NCBI RefSeq assembly: GCF_006345805.1
Contig: NC_042998.1
Location: 47,740,001-47,804,000, forward strand
Length of the DNA stretch: 64,000 nucleotides
Direction of reading: 5' to 3'
Source of the DNA: Octopus sinensis
Taxonomy: Eukaryota
Part shown: piece by piece, positions 38,280 to 50,000 of the stretch
Position numbering within the stretch: the first letter of the stretch is position 1
How the letters are laid out: the number at the start of each line of letters is the position of its first letter
The notes under the pieces: model-generated
What the model saw: only the letters and a program-made list of their open reading frames with translations
The model's database searches: none
What the model was told of the DNA's origin: nothing
Program-made: the position numbers and the translations under genes

Positions 38280-38640
38280 TCTTTCTAAATTTGGTACAAG
38301 GCTAGGAATTCTGAGTGGGGGGGGGGAAGTAGCAAGCCGATTACATCAACCCCCACCTCGTACACACATACATGCCAAAGGATAAATGGCAAAGTTGAAC
38401 ATCAGTGGTATTTGAACTAAGAAGGTAACGAGCCGAATGAAATGCCGCTAGGCATTTTGTCCGACATGCTAACGAATCAGCCAGTTTTTTTTTTTTAATA
38501 GTGATTTCAAATTCTGACACAAGGCCAGCAATTTTATAGAGAGAGAAACAGGTCGGTTATATCGACCGTACAGCCCGAACTCACAACGTAAAAAGCCGGA
38601 AGAAACGGTATTCAGCATTTTGTCCGACGCGCACTGGCTT
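38280..38640 (-). mobile_element. two decayed SINE family B copies
   Basis: Each starts with AAATTTGGTACAAGGC or AAATTCTGACACAAGGCC and contains GCATTTTGTCCGAC. Confidence 0.7.
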
Positions 38641-38660
38641 TTAAATAATAATAATAATAA

Positions 38661-39221
38661 TCAATTCTTTTTTATTGGCCACAAGGGCTGACACGCATGA
38701 TTACATAAAGGGACAAGACCGGACGAAAGGTTACAAAGGGTTTTGCCGTTTTTGAAAAACATCGAGTAAAAATCTTTATAACAACTTATAAAATTCAACA
38801 ATGAAAAACTCCCAAAAGGGGGAGACGTTTCGAAAGGTTCCTGGTGGAAAAACCCTACAAAAGCCAACGGGAGCCTGGTAAAAAAAAAGGGGTGTAGAGA
38901 GTCCCCTTTTTTTTCTCCTTTTGCATTACCTTTTTGAAATCACAGGCGAAACCTGAGAACTGGTCCATTTGTACAGGCCAGTCTCGCACAATTCACCCAC
39001 CTTTCATAAAACTTGCTATCGGACAGCACTTTCCTCTCTAACCTCATCTTCCTTTTCAAGTGAAACTTGAAAAAGTTGATGAGGCCTTGACCAAAGAGGA
39101 AAGTGTCTGTCTTTAGCCCTTTCAAACGAGTCCACCACACGACCTCTTTCGCCACAGCCACTAGGCACAAGAAAACGACCTCGCTCTCCTTGTTAAAGGA
39201 GGTCGGCGGGGCAATCTTCAC
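38661..39221 (-). mobile_element. 5'-truncated L1/Tx1-type LINE: ORF2 C-terminus (39221-38940) plus 3'UTR
   Basis: Open frame ..VVFLCLVAVAKEVVWWTR..LINFFKFHLKRKMRLERKVL..FYERW resembles the L1/Tx1 C-terminal AKxxIWxxR..FxxxW pattern. AATAAA lies near the 3' end and both flanks are (TAA)n. Confidence 0.7.
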
Positions 39222-39247
39222 TAATAATAATAATTAATAAATAAATA

Positions 39248-39740
39248 AAAGATGGGCTACAGCAAATATTCTGCTCAATACCACAGATTTGCTTGTCGGT
39301 TGTTTGATCTTAACCAGTTGAGCATGTCCCTTAGTGGCTGACGATATGTGCATCTCTGATCACGACCAGAAGTAGTGGGGGAGCATCATAGCCGTGTGTT
39401 GAAAGGAAATCTTAGAGGTTTGGATAATTCACCTTTGTAAACGTGGGTGGTTCGTTGAACATCCTTAAACAATCCTTATTCAGGAACCCTTTGAGCGGGA
39501 TAGGCTACTCGACCAGAAGAAAATTCTAACTGGGCCCCACCTGCAAGGTCATGCGCTGTTTATTTTGATATGAGATCACCATGTCGTGCACATATGGTTG
39601 TGATGCATGTGCCTGGTGTACCCTTATCAGACGGGTAGTCATGATGGGTATACTGGGCTTCGTATATTTTACCCCAGTGTCACTTTGATGGCATGCACTG
39701 CTCTCTCACTCAATAATAATAATAATAATAATAATAATAA
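39248..39740 (+). mobile_element. retroposon 3' fragment ending in an (AAT)n tail, family unassigned
   Basis: GC-richer block between TAA repeats, ending CTCTCTCACTC(AAT)n. Confidence 0.5.
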
Positions 39741-40665
39741 TTGCTTCAAATTTTGGTACAAGGCCAGCAATTTTGTTATGACAGGACAGGTCGGTTACAT
39801 CGACCGCAAAGCTTGAACTCAGAACGTAAAGAGCCGGAAGAAATGCCGCTCAGCATTTTGTTCGATGCGCACCACCGTTTTAATAATTGTTTCAAATTTT
39901 GGGACAAGGCCAGCAATTTTGAGGGAAGTGGGTTAGTCGATTGCATCAACTCTAGTTTGTAACTGCTACTTTATTTTATCTGATCAAAAGAAAGAAAAGC
40001 AAAGCTCACTTTGGCGAATTTTGAAACCAGAATATAAAGAAAGGGAGTAAATTTCGCAAAGCATTTTTTTTTTCTGATGCTCAGACGATTCTACCAGCGT
40101 CGCCTTTAATAATGGTTTCTGATTCCGGTACAAGGTCAACAATTTTGAGGAAAGAGGTGTTTGTAATTCGATTAAATCGTCCCCACTTTGAACGGTGCCA
40201 TGTTTTATCGACTCTGGGAGAGATGAAAGGCGAAATTGACCCCGGCAGTATTTTAATTCAGAACGAAAGAAATAATAACCCTTTCTAGTATAGACTTAAG
40301 GCCTGAAATTTGGGGGATTGGACCAGCTAATTACATCAACCAATTACATCAATTACATAACTGGTACGAAGAAAGGCAAAGTTGACCCCGGTGGCATTTG
40401 AAATCAGAACACGAAGACAAGCGAAATACCTATTTCTTTACTACCCACAAGGGGCTAAACACAGAGGGGACAAACAAGGACAGACAAACAGATTAAGTCG
40501 ATTATATCGATCCCAGTGCGTAACTGGTACTTATTTAATCGATCCCGAAAGGATGAAAAGCAAAGTCCACCTCGGCGGAATTTGAACTCAGAACGTAGCG
40601 GCAGATGAAATACCGCTTGAGCATTTCGTCCGGTGCACTAACGATTCTGCCAGCTCACCGCCTAA
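39741..40665 (-). mobile_element. cluster of about five SINE family B copies or fragments
   Basis: Recurrent TTTCAAATTTTGG..ACAAGG(C/T)CA..AATTTT tails and a near-intact copy at ~40430-40665. Confidence 0.8.
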
Positions 40666-40682
40666 ATAACAACAACAACAAC

Positions 40683-40755
<73 letters not shown>
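40666..40755. repeat. (AAC)n(AAT)n microsatellite
   Basis: Direct observation. Confidence 0.95.
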
Positions 40756-41056
40756 TAGATTACGAGAAATGGTAGGGCGATAATTACGTTGCAATATGTA
40801 GTTTGATCATAAACAGTGTCGGCGTTGTTTTACTTCTTTTTATGTGACTAAAATCATCAGCAGGATAAAAAATACTGGATCATCCACCTACACAGATACT
40901 GACCTTGTGTCATGTCAAATGTAATCAATAATACTTAAAAGAAACAAATTTTCGAAACCGACCAATGCTAGTAACTATCTTGTGTACACTTTTATATTTA
41001 CCGTTTGTTACTATATAGGTATCGAACAGACGCTAATAATAATAATAATAATAATG

Positions 41057-41252
41057 ATGGTTTCAAATTTCGCCACAAGGGCAGCAATCTGGGGAGAGGG
41101 GGTTAGTCGATTACATCGACCCCAGTGTTCGAAAGGATGAAAAGTAAAGTTGTTCTCGGTGGAATTTGAACTCAGAACGTAAACGCGGACGAAATGCTGC
41201 TAAGCATCTAAGCGTTTTTCCCCGACTAACGATTCCACCAGCTCATCGCCCT
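41057..41252 (-). mobile_element. SINE family B
   Basis: GGTTTCAAATTT..GTCGATTACATCGACCCCAG..GGAATTTGAACTCAGAACG. Confidence 0.8.
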
Positions 41253-41319
41253 AACAACAATTTTACTTTACGTGCGTGCATGCCTGCATGCATGCATACA
41301 TACATACATACATACATAA

Positions 41320-41632
41320 CTGGCAGTCCTTCGCTTACGACGACGAGGGCTCCAGTGGTTCCGATCAACAGAACAGCCTACTCGTAAAATTCACGTGCAA
41401 GTGGCTGAGCACGCCACAGACACACACCCTTAACGTGTAGATTCGGTATGACAGAATGTGACGAAGCCGGCCTTTTTGAATTACAGGTACATCTCATTTT
41501 TGCCAGTTGAGTGGACTGGAGCCACGAGAAATAAAGTCTCTTGCTCAAAGATACAACGCGCCGTTGGGAAACGAACTCGCGACCTTACGATCCTGAGCCG
41601 AATACCTTAAACTCTATGCCACGAGCCTTCAC
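41320..41632 (-). mobile_element. SINE family C (tail type 3)
   Basis: Paralog of 30220-30582. Confidence 0.8.
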
Positions 41633-41651
41633 ATACATACATACATACGCA

Positions 41652-41683
<32 letters not shown>

Positions 41684-41756
41684 CACATACATACATACAT
41701 ACATACATACATACATGCATGCATACATACATGAGTATATATTACTACATATTACT

Positions 41757-41990
41757 AAGGGCGGCGAGCTGGCAGAAACGTTAGCGCGCCGGGTGAAATG
41801 CTCCGCGGTATTTCGTCTGTCGTAACGTTCTGAGTTCAAATTCCGCTGAGGTCGACTTTGCCTTTCATCCTTTCGGGGTCGATAAATAAAGTACCAGTTT
41901 CGTACTGGGGTCGATGTAATCGACTTAATCCCTTTGTCTGTCCTTGTTTGTCCCTTCTATGTTTAGCCCCTTGTCGACAATAAAGAAATA
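41757..41990 (+). mobile_element. SINE family B, CpG-intact copy
   Basis: GGCGGCGAGCTGGCAGAAACGTTAGC...GTCGACTTTGCCTTTCATCCTTTCGGGGTCGAT. Confidence 0.9.
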
Positions 41991-42231
41991 TATTACTAGA
42001 TATCGAACAAACTCATATTATTCTTTAACAAGAACAACATTGACTGTGACTTTGAAGTTTCGACCAGTCCAGTGATGCTTGTTAAAGAATAATTTGTATT
42101 CTACAATAAAAGTATAACCCTTCAGTTTAAATTGAAATTATTTTTATTATAACATAAAAATAAACATTAATAATATATATATATATATATATATAATATA
42201 TATATATATATACACGCATCATATATATATA

Positions 42232-42610
42232 GTGAAGTATATTTGCCACTTAAATGTGGCTAACCCCTAAGGGTGGATGCTACTGTAGCTTGTAGCCCCA
42301 GGAGGACATCTCCTCCAACTGGCTATTGACACACGTTCTGTGCCCTATCACGCTGATGACGGGTCAATACCCAGAAACTCGAGTCCGTGTGTATCATAGG
42401 TTGAAGACGGGAAGGATGGCTTCCCTTTGCAAATACTGATAGAGCACAGAAAGTGTGTCAATAGCCAGCTGGAGGAGGTGTCTTCCTGGGGCTACAAGCT
42501 ACAGTAGCATCCACCCTTAGGGGTCAGCCACATTTAAGTGACAAATATACTTCACGATGTGTTGCAGCTACTGCTTAAACCTCGCTCAGAGATTTATTAT
42601 TGCTTATATA
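42232..42610 (+). mobile_element. non-autonomous Penelope-type terminal repeat with a 119-bp inverted 5' duplication
   Basis: 42232-42350 versus 42437-42555 are inverted with 7 mismatches. A hammerhead lies in the loop and the element is flanked by TA-rich repeats. The PLE assignment is inference. Confidence 0.65.
42349..42389 (+). ncRNA. minimal type I hammerhead ribozyme
   Basis: CACG-CTGATGA-C-GGGT-CAAT-ACCC-A-GAAA-CTCGAG-TC-CGTG. It has a full catalytic core, stem I CACG/CGTG, stem II GGGT/ACCC and a palindromic stem III. The predicted GUC cleavage site is after 42385. Confidence 0.8.
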
Positions 42611-42734
42611 TATTGATTGATTGATTGATTAACTGATAGATAATTAACATGTTATTTTGTACTTTCTATGGTCAGTTTAACATTTCGGTTGAGTCACTGA
42701 AATTTCTGAATCATGTGATTCTCCATTGTTGTGG

Positions 42735-43140
42735 GTGCAGCAGGGTGTGTGATAAGAAGTTTGCTTCTCAACTACATGTTTGCAGGTTCAATCCTACTGC
42801 GTGACACCTTGAACAAGTGTACTTTAACTAAAGCCTTACGAGTGGATTTGATAGCAACTAAAAGAACCCCGTCGCACGTGTGTGTGTGTGTGTGCGTGTG
42901 TGTGTGTGTGCGTGTGTGTGCGTGTGTGTGTGTTCGTTTGTCCTCCACCGCCGCTTGACAGGTGGTATTGTTATGTTTACGTCCCGATAACTTCGCGGTT
43001 CCGCAAAATCGAACGACAGAATAAGAAACAAGCTTAACAAAAACCAACACAGTTTATTCGACTTGTTCGAATAAACTATTCAAGGCAGTAAGTGCCCCAG
43101 CATTGCCGCAGTTCAATGACTAAAAAAAGGTAAAAGACAA
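42735..43140 (+). mobile_element. SINE family A
   Basis: GTGTGATAAGAAGTTTGCTTC..CACTGCGTG-like segment and tail AATGACTAAAA. Confidence 0.75.
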
Positions 43141-43484
43141 ATGTACTTTAAAATTTCCAACTTCATAATACAGAGAATATCGAGAAAAGAATACTGTGGG
43201 CGCGCGCGTATATGTGTAATTAAAAAACAACGTAAGTTACAGTGAAGATGCTGGTTCTGAACCTTCGTTCTTTTCTATATTTTGGTTGAGGATTTTGATT
43301 TTAAAACAAATACGTTCTAATAAATGTTAAATATAATTTTAATCTTATGTATAGTTTAGCAGTGTAATTATATTTCTTCAACTTATAACTAACTTCAATA
43401 CGGCCTTCAAATTTTAAAATGCTAACCGCTCTTAATATAAATCAATTGATTGCTAAGAAGCGTTAACGCACACGCATGTATACT

Positions 43485-43650
43485 ATTTCTGAGTTCAAAT
43501 TCCGCCGAGGTCGACTTTGCCTCTCATCCTTCCGGGGTCGATAAATTAAGTACCAGTTGCGCACTGGGATCGATGTAATCGACTTAATCCCTTTGTCTGT
43601 CCTTGTTTGTCTCCTCTGTGTTTAGCCAATTGTGGGTAGTAAAGAAATAT
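43485..43650 (+). mobile_element. SINE family B, 5'-truncated
   Basis: TTCTGAGTTCAAATTCCGCCGAGGTCGACTTTGCC. Confidence 0.85.
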
Positions 43651-44575
43651 ATTTCACACAAACACAAAAGTTATCTCCCCTGCGTAAATTCTCATCGCAT
43701 TCAATAAACAAACGTATTAGGAATTCAATTGCTGCGTGGAAGGTGTTTATAAGCCATTTAAGAAACACACAAAATCCGTTAGATTCACTTCAGCATATAA
43801 ATCTAATTTGTCAAATAATTTTCGTCGCTTTGAGACAAAATTCCGTGCTGCATCACGTGCTGTATTACGAATTATCTTTTTGTAATTAAGCCCATTGATG
43901 TACCGAGGTAAATTTTTTTTCCTCCCGAGTAATTTTAGGAAAAGGATTGTAATCTCTGAAGCAGTTTTGATTCAGAAATGGTGGGAGGACGACAAATATA
44001 ACACTTTCTAATAATCACAGTTTTCAGTCAAGAGTGAGACAGACACCACGATTACATATTGTTTGTATAGAACAAGGAGTAAACATTTCAGTATTTTCTC
44101 AAATTTCTAAATAGAATTCTATTTATTTATTTATTTTCTTTTCATATAAATCGTAAATATGTGTGTGATATTCATTTGTTCGGAGAGAACGTGGGAGCAA
44201 TTTGGGAATGTACAACGCATAACTCGTCGCTAATATTTAGTTGCAAGGGAAATAACTCCTGGAATATTCTTTACAGAGTGACTTCCCTTAGACAAATGTT
44301 TGCAATTTGTAATATTTATCTTCTTTTGATTATATTCAGCAGATTCAAATAGCAAGATACCCTTATTTCAGACAAAAGAGATGGTAATCTGCAATCAGCA
44401 TAACAAAGTTATAAACAACGCACAATGATCTCTTTTTTTAATAACTTATGCACATTTACAAAGCTTCACCTTGCTAAAAAACTCTAAAGCTTAGATACCC
44501 AGATCAAATCCAGTAGTACATTTACAGTTATTTATTTTTCTCCCTTTATATACACTCACTTAAGCATAGGGTTTA

Positions 44576-44616
<41 letters not shown>

Positions 44617-47447
44617 GAGACAAGAACGCAAAACATTCAAATAGACAATACAAAAAAACGGACAGGTCATTCGAAGCCTCTAATCTTCAGTCAAGAACTG
44701 GATCATCCTTGCAATTTCGGATATATATATATATATACCTATGGTTACAGGTCATACAGAAGTAGAAAGAAATGTGTTAATTAAATAGGAAGTGACAGGT
44801 AGAGGATTAAGCAGGATTAAATTAAATACTCAAAATGTTTGAAATATTTTATCCCTTTAGAATTAATTCAAAGTGTTATGCAATTCAAGAACATCTCTCA
44901 TCCAACAGAACAATGGTGCCAGAGAGGATTTTGGATGGGATTAGCTATGTGCCCTGTTGGCTTGTATTCAACCATATTCAGTGTGGGTATTTGTTGAGCA
45001 GTAATTTTACAGCTGGTTGCTCTTCCAATTATCAGTTCATGTGCAATGTGTATCAAGTCACTCATACTAAAAAGTCCATTTTACAGGTCTAATTGCTAAC
45101 ATCATACTGTGGGATAAAAAAAAAAACGCCTTCAAATTAAATGATTTTTTTAGAATCTAAAAAATGTTTTAATAAGCAAGAGGCTTCCATTACTGTTAAT
45201 TAAGCCAAATCTTTTCATGTTGGCTGACAAGTAGAGCAGAGGGAGAAAGAAGGTGTTAATATGCAAGTCAGTAATCGTGCCAATTGCTTATTGCAAATGG
45301 GGAAATTATTGAGTCAAACTAAATTGTTTGGTCGCAACAATGAAAGAAAAACAAAATTTTTTAATTAGAATAAATGAGGAAGAATTTCTTTCATAAAAGA
45401 TATTCATGGAATAATAAAAAGACCTTGGATTATATGAAGTGAGAGATTAAAGCAGCAGTGAGATTTGATCTCAAGGTGCACGAGAGATAAAATTTATGCA
45501 GAGTAGCAATACAGCAGACCTATCCAAACCATGTCAGTACAGTGGAGTGGAGTAAATGATTATTAAGAATTCAAACTTTATTACAACTGATTCATCACCA
45601 TCATTTAACATCCCTTTTTCATGCAGAAACAGGTTACACAATTTAACAGGATCTGACTAGTCTAAGGGCTGTGTTGTCTTCAGTGACTGCTTTGATAAGG
45701 TTTCTGTAACTGGATACACATCCTAATACCAATGACTATACAGAGTGTACTGGGTGCTTTTTCATGGCACCAGCACTAAAATTTGATCTTAAATCCTGAT
45801 GCAGTCAACATTAAACTTTTCGTCCCAAGAACCAATAAACTAAGCACCCTCCATGCACAGTAGCTTATTCAATCTATCATACTCCTCCACTACAAATTTC
45901 TAGTCTTATATCAAACACAAAAAATAACCTTAAGAGAAAGATCTGTAATCAAAATACATACATAATTTAACAGAATAACTTTCAAATTCTTAGCAGTTTT
46001 GGTGGGGAAATCATATTCATTCAAATAACTCACTTCTTTATTTTCCCTTTTTTTTAACCTAACTGATTACTATATATACTGGCACCAAAATTGATCTTAT
46101 GAATGCTGTTATCTTTAATATTTACACAATAACATTTTAGTTACCTTTAATACATTATTATAGGAACCAAAATTCCATTAAAATTGTATGGGTATCCAGC
46201 TATGCAGTTTCTATATTGGTGAAATGCATAACAAAATATTATATTTTGTCATCATACAAGTTGACCTTATGTAGCGTAAACATTCAAACACTACCACTGT
46301 TTCCAAATTGTGCTGCATTCACATGGAAATTTTGCTCCTCCAAAGTCGTCTTGGTATATAAGTCAACCTGCCTTTTCTGGTTGTAAATTTTGGTCTGAAA
46401 AGTTCAATTTGTATGGTGCAAAATATGACACCTATTTAAGCAGCAGTGAAATTTGAGTGTAATGCACTAGCTTTCAATTTAAAACACATCTGCTCAAATC
46501 TTCAAAATTTCCAGAATGCTCTGGGAAAATTATATGGAATGTTGTTGGTGGCTAATAGGGCATAATCTTTGATGATTATACCAAACCATTTTGAATTTCC
46601 ATGCCTCAGAAGGTTCTTACTCAAGTCATGCCAGAAAATTTCAGAGCCATCATCTATTTAGTGCAGGAATCTGATGGTTGTTAGATTACAGACATTCAAA
46701 TTTAAATTCCAATTCATTCAGGCAAGCCTTTAGAATTATTCACATCTATGCTTTTAAATTTTGGATTCAAATACTACTAGAATCTGACTTCTGTGTTTAA
46801 CAAAATAACATGATTTCTTCATCATCATTTAATATCCTTGCATGGTTTACTTAGTCCAACCGGATGCAAAAAAATCCAATGATGGCATCATGCTCCACTG
46901 CGTAATTCGGCATAGTTTATACAGCTAGATGCCCTTCCTAATGCCAACCATTTTACATGTTATGAACAGGAACTGACTTCAATTGTCAAATATGCAGAAT
47001 TGTAGTATTATAAGAAACACAGCCAACTTAAGGTACAGGGATCTTAGGAAGTCACCCTGGGCATCATATCATATGCATAAAATGAATTGGTAGTTGAGTT
47101 GATTGAAAAACTTAAATACAGCTCATCAAAACCAACACAAGATATATGTGCATGTATATATGTAAGAATGTCCATGTAAATATATATATGTGTGTGTGTG
47201 TGTGTTTGTACGTGTGTACTTTTATATGCAAGCATGCATGTTTGTCCTTACACAAATGTGCATATATAAGTGAAAATATGTACATTTATATCTATGACTG
47301 TACATCTAAGCAAGCATGTCTAAGTGTCTATGTATATGTGTAAGCATGTATGTGCAAGTATGCATGTATAAATGTATATCTCTAAATGTACCCGAGTCTC
47401 TAAGTATATATGTGTAAGTACATGTGAACATGTATATGTAATCATAT

Positions 47448-47636
47448 ATCATCATCATTTAACGTTTGCTTTCCATGCAGGTATGGATTGAACTGGATTG
47501 AACAGGAGCCAGTCAGCTAGAGAGCTGTCCATGTGCCAGTTGTCTGTTTGGCATGGTTTCTACAGCTAGATGCCCTTCCTAAAGCCAACCACTTAGCAGA
47601 GTGTATTGGGTGCTTTTTACATGACACCAACATGAA

Positions 47637-47691
<55 letters not shown>

Positions 47692-47975
47692 GGTGCCAGT
47701 GCTGCTGCCAAGTAAAAAGCTTCCAGTCCACACTGTAAAGTGGTTGGTATTTGGAAGGGCACCCAGCTGTAAAAGCCATGCCAAAACTGACCCCACCTGT
47801 ACTGGTGCCATGTAAAAAGCACTCAGTCCACTCTACAAGGTGGTTGGTGTTAGGAATAGCATCCAACAATAAAAACCATGCCGAAACAGACACAAAAGAC
47901 TGGTACAATCTTCTGCTTGGCTAGCTCCTGTCAAACCATCCAACCCATGCCAGAAGACGTTGAATGATGAATGAA
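47448..47975. mobile_element. two family D copies in divergent orientation around (TA)n
   Basis: Minus copy at 47448-47630 ((CAT)n start) and plus copy at 47690-47975 ((GAT)-like tail). Confidence 0.75.
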
Positions 47976-48753
47976 TGATGATGAGATATATATATATGTG
48001 TGTGTGTATGTGTGTGTGTGTTTGTGCATGTGCGGCTGTTCTATTTAGTATTAAAAGTTTAGGGAAGGAAGAAAACGAATTCATCTCATTCATATTCTTT
48101 CCATAGTCTTCAAAAGTAGTATACTTCAGTAAGTACCAATTAAAAACAAAAGACATAACTCAAACTTTCAGACAGCCTTACACTCTATCATCAACATCAA
48201 TAATATCATCATCACCATTTAATGTCCTCCTTCCATGCTGGCTTGGGACTGATGGTTTGATAGGAGCTGGCAAGTCAGAAGACTGCACCAAGCTTTACTC
48301 TCTGCTTTAACCCATATGCAAAATAATTACCAAATTACGCTGACACTACTCATCATATGTAAACTTGTATGAGTGCATGTGTCTGCAAGTGCATATCATC
48401 ATCATTTAACATCTATTTTCCATGTTTGCATAGATCGAGCAGGGTTTATTGCAGCAGATTTTTCTATGGTCAGATGCTCTACCTGTCACCAAATTTTATC
48501 TGTTTTCAAGCAAGTTAATATTTCCCCATGGCCAGACACATTCCCACAGAATACTGGAAATGAACATCACTGCTTGTATAAGAGTAACAATCATATGTAC
48601 AGCTATCACGCCATGTCAAGATATGGAGACACAAACAAATACACATGCATACATATACACACACATATACATGTATGCATGTGTGTGTATATATGTATCG
48701 AAAGTATATATATGTATGTGTAAATATGTGTGTGTATACATATATATATATAT

Positions 48754-49250
48754 CCGTGCCGGTGACACGTAAAAGCACCATCCATTTCGTGGCCGTTTGC
48801 CAGCTCTGTCTGGCGCCTGTGTTGGTGGCACGTAAAAGCACCATCCGTTCGTGTCCGTTGCCAGCCTCGCCTGGCCCCCGTGCCGGTGACACGTAAAAGC
48901 ACCATCCGTTTCATGGCCGTTTGCCAGCTCTGTCTGGCCCCCGTGTTGGTGGCACGTAAAAGCACCATCTGTTCGTGTCCGTTGCCAGCCTCGCCTGGCC
49001 CCGTGCCGGTGACACGTAAAAGCACCATCCGTTCGTGGCCATTTGCCAGCTCTGTCTGGCACCTGTGCGGGTGGCACGTAAAAAGCACCCACTACACTCA
49101 CAGAGTGGTTGGCGTTAGGAAGGGCATCCAGCCGTAGAAACACTGCCAGATCTGACTGGGCCTGATGAAGCCTTCCAGCTTCACAGACCCCAGTTGAACC
49201 GTCCAACCCATGCTAGCAAGGAGAATGAACGCTAAATGATGATGATGATG
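48754..49250 (+). mobile_element. family D element with an internal ~60-63-bp minisatellite (6 motif copies, alternating A/B units)
   Basis: CACGTAAAA(A)GCACC at 48766, 48829, 48890, 48953, 49013 and 49075, followed by TGGTTGGCGTTAGGAAGGGCATCCAG and a (GAT)n tail. Confidence 0.9.
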
Positions 49251-49269
49251 ATATATATATATATATATA

Positions 49270-50000
49270 GAACCTGTAGAAGAGGAAGACCTGGGATGAG
49301 GTGGTGAAGCACGACCTTCGAACATTAGGCCTCACTGAGGCAATGACTAGTAACCAAGACCTTCGGAAATATGCTGTGCTTGAGAAGACCTGGCAAGCCA
49401 AGTGAGACCATAACCCGTGTCCTATGCCAGGGGTGTAACCAGCCCACTTATGCGTACCTTTCCTTCATTGGACATAAACCCTGTTTGCAAAGACCTGTTG
49501 AGGCAAGTGAAATCGAAATCAAATTCGATGACAGCACTGCTTGACTGGTATCCGTGCTAGTGGAGTGCTAAGAGCACCATCCGAGCATGATTGTTGCCAG
49601 GGCCACTGACTGGCCCCTGTGCCGGTGGCACATAAAAAGCACCATTCGAGCGTGATCATTGCCAGCTTCGCCTTACTGGCACTTGTGCTGGTGACACATG
49701 AAAGACAACATTCGAGCGAGGTCGTTGCCAGTGCCACTGTACTGGCTCATGTGCAGGTGGCATGTAAAAAACACCTTTTGAGCATGGCCATTGCCAGTAT
49801 CGCCTGACTGGCCCTCATGCCGGTGGCACGTAAAAGCACCCACTACAGTCTTGGAGTGGTTGGCGTTAGGAAGGGGATTCAGCTGTATAAACTCTGCCAA
49901 ATAAGATTGTAGCCTGGTGCAACTATCTGGCTCACCAGTCCTCAGTCAAAGTCAAACCATCCAAGCATGGAAAGCGGATGTTAAACAATGATGATGATGA
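49270..50000 (+). mobile_element. RTE-clade LINE 3' end: ORF C-terminus (49286-49405) plus complete 3'UTR and (GAT)n tail
   Basis: KTWDEVVKHDLRTLGLTEAMTSNQDLRKYAVLEKTWQAK* matches the RTE C-terminal pattern GRPxKTWxExVxxD..DRxxW. The UTR contains the 60-bp units and the family D terminus. Confidence 0.85.

Noticed and set aside
44612-44720. Minus-strand CTGAAGA..GAA in a short repeat between (TA)n tracts
   Set aside because: It lacks GAAA-stem III-UH in register. Kept only as a possible PLE-type terminal fragment.
48107-48128. Possible 22-nt plus-strand microexon (CCATAG|...|GTAAGT) and a similar 40-nt candidate at 54714-54753
   Set aside because: Splice-like motifs arise by chance at this scale, neither length preserves frame, and there is no homology support.
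48754-49092. CRISPR-like regular array and overlapping 125-196 aa ORFs (also 58846-59351)
   Set aside because: The spacers are themselves repeated, the context is eukaryotic and there are no cas genes. The ORFs result from a GC-rich minisatellite in a LINE UTR.
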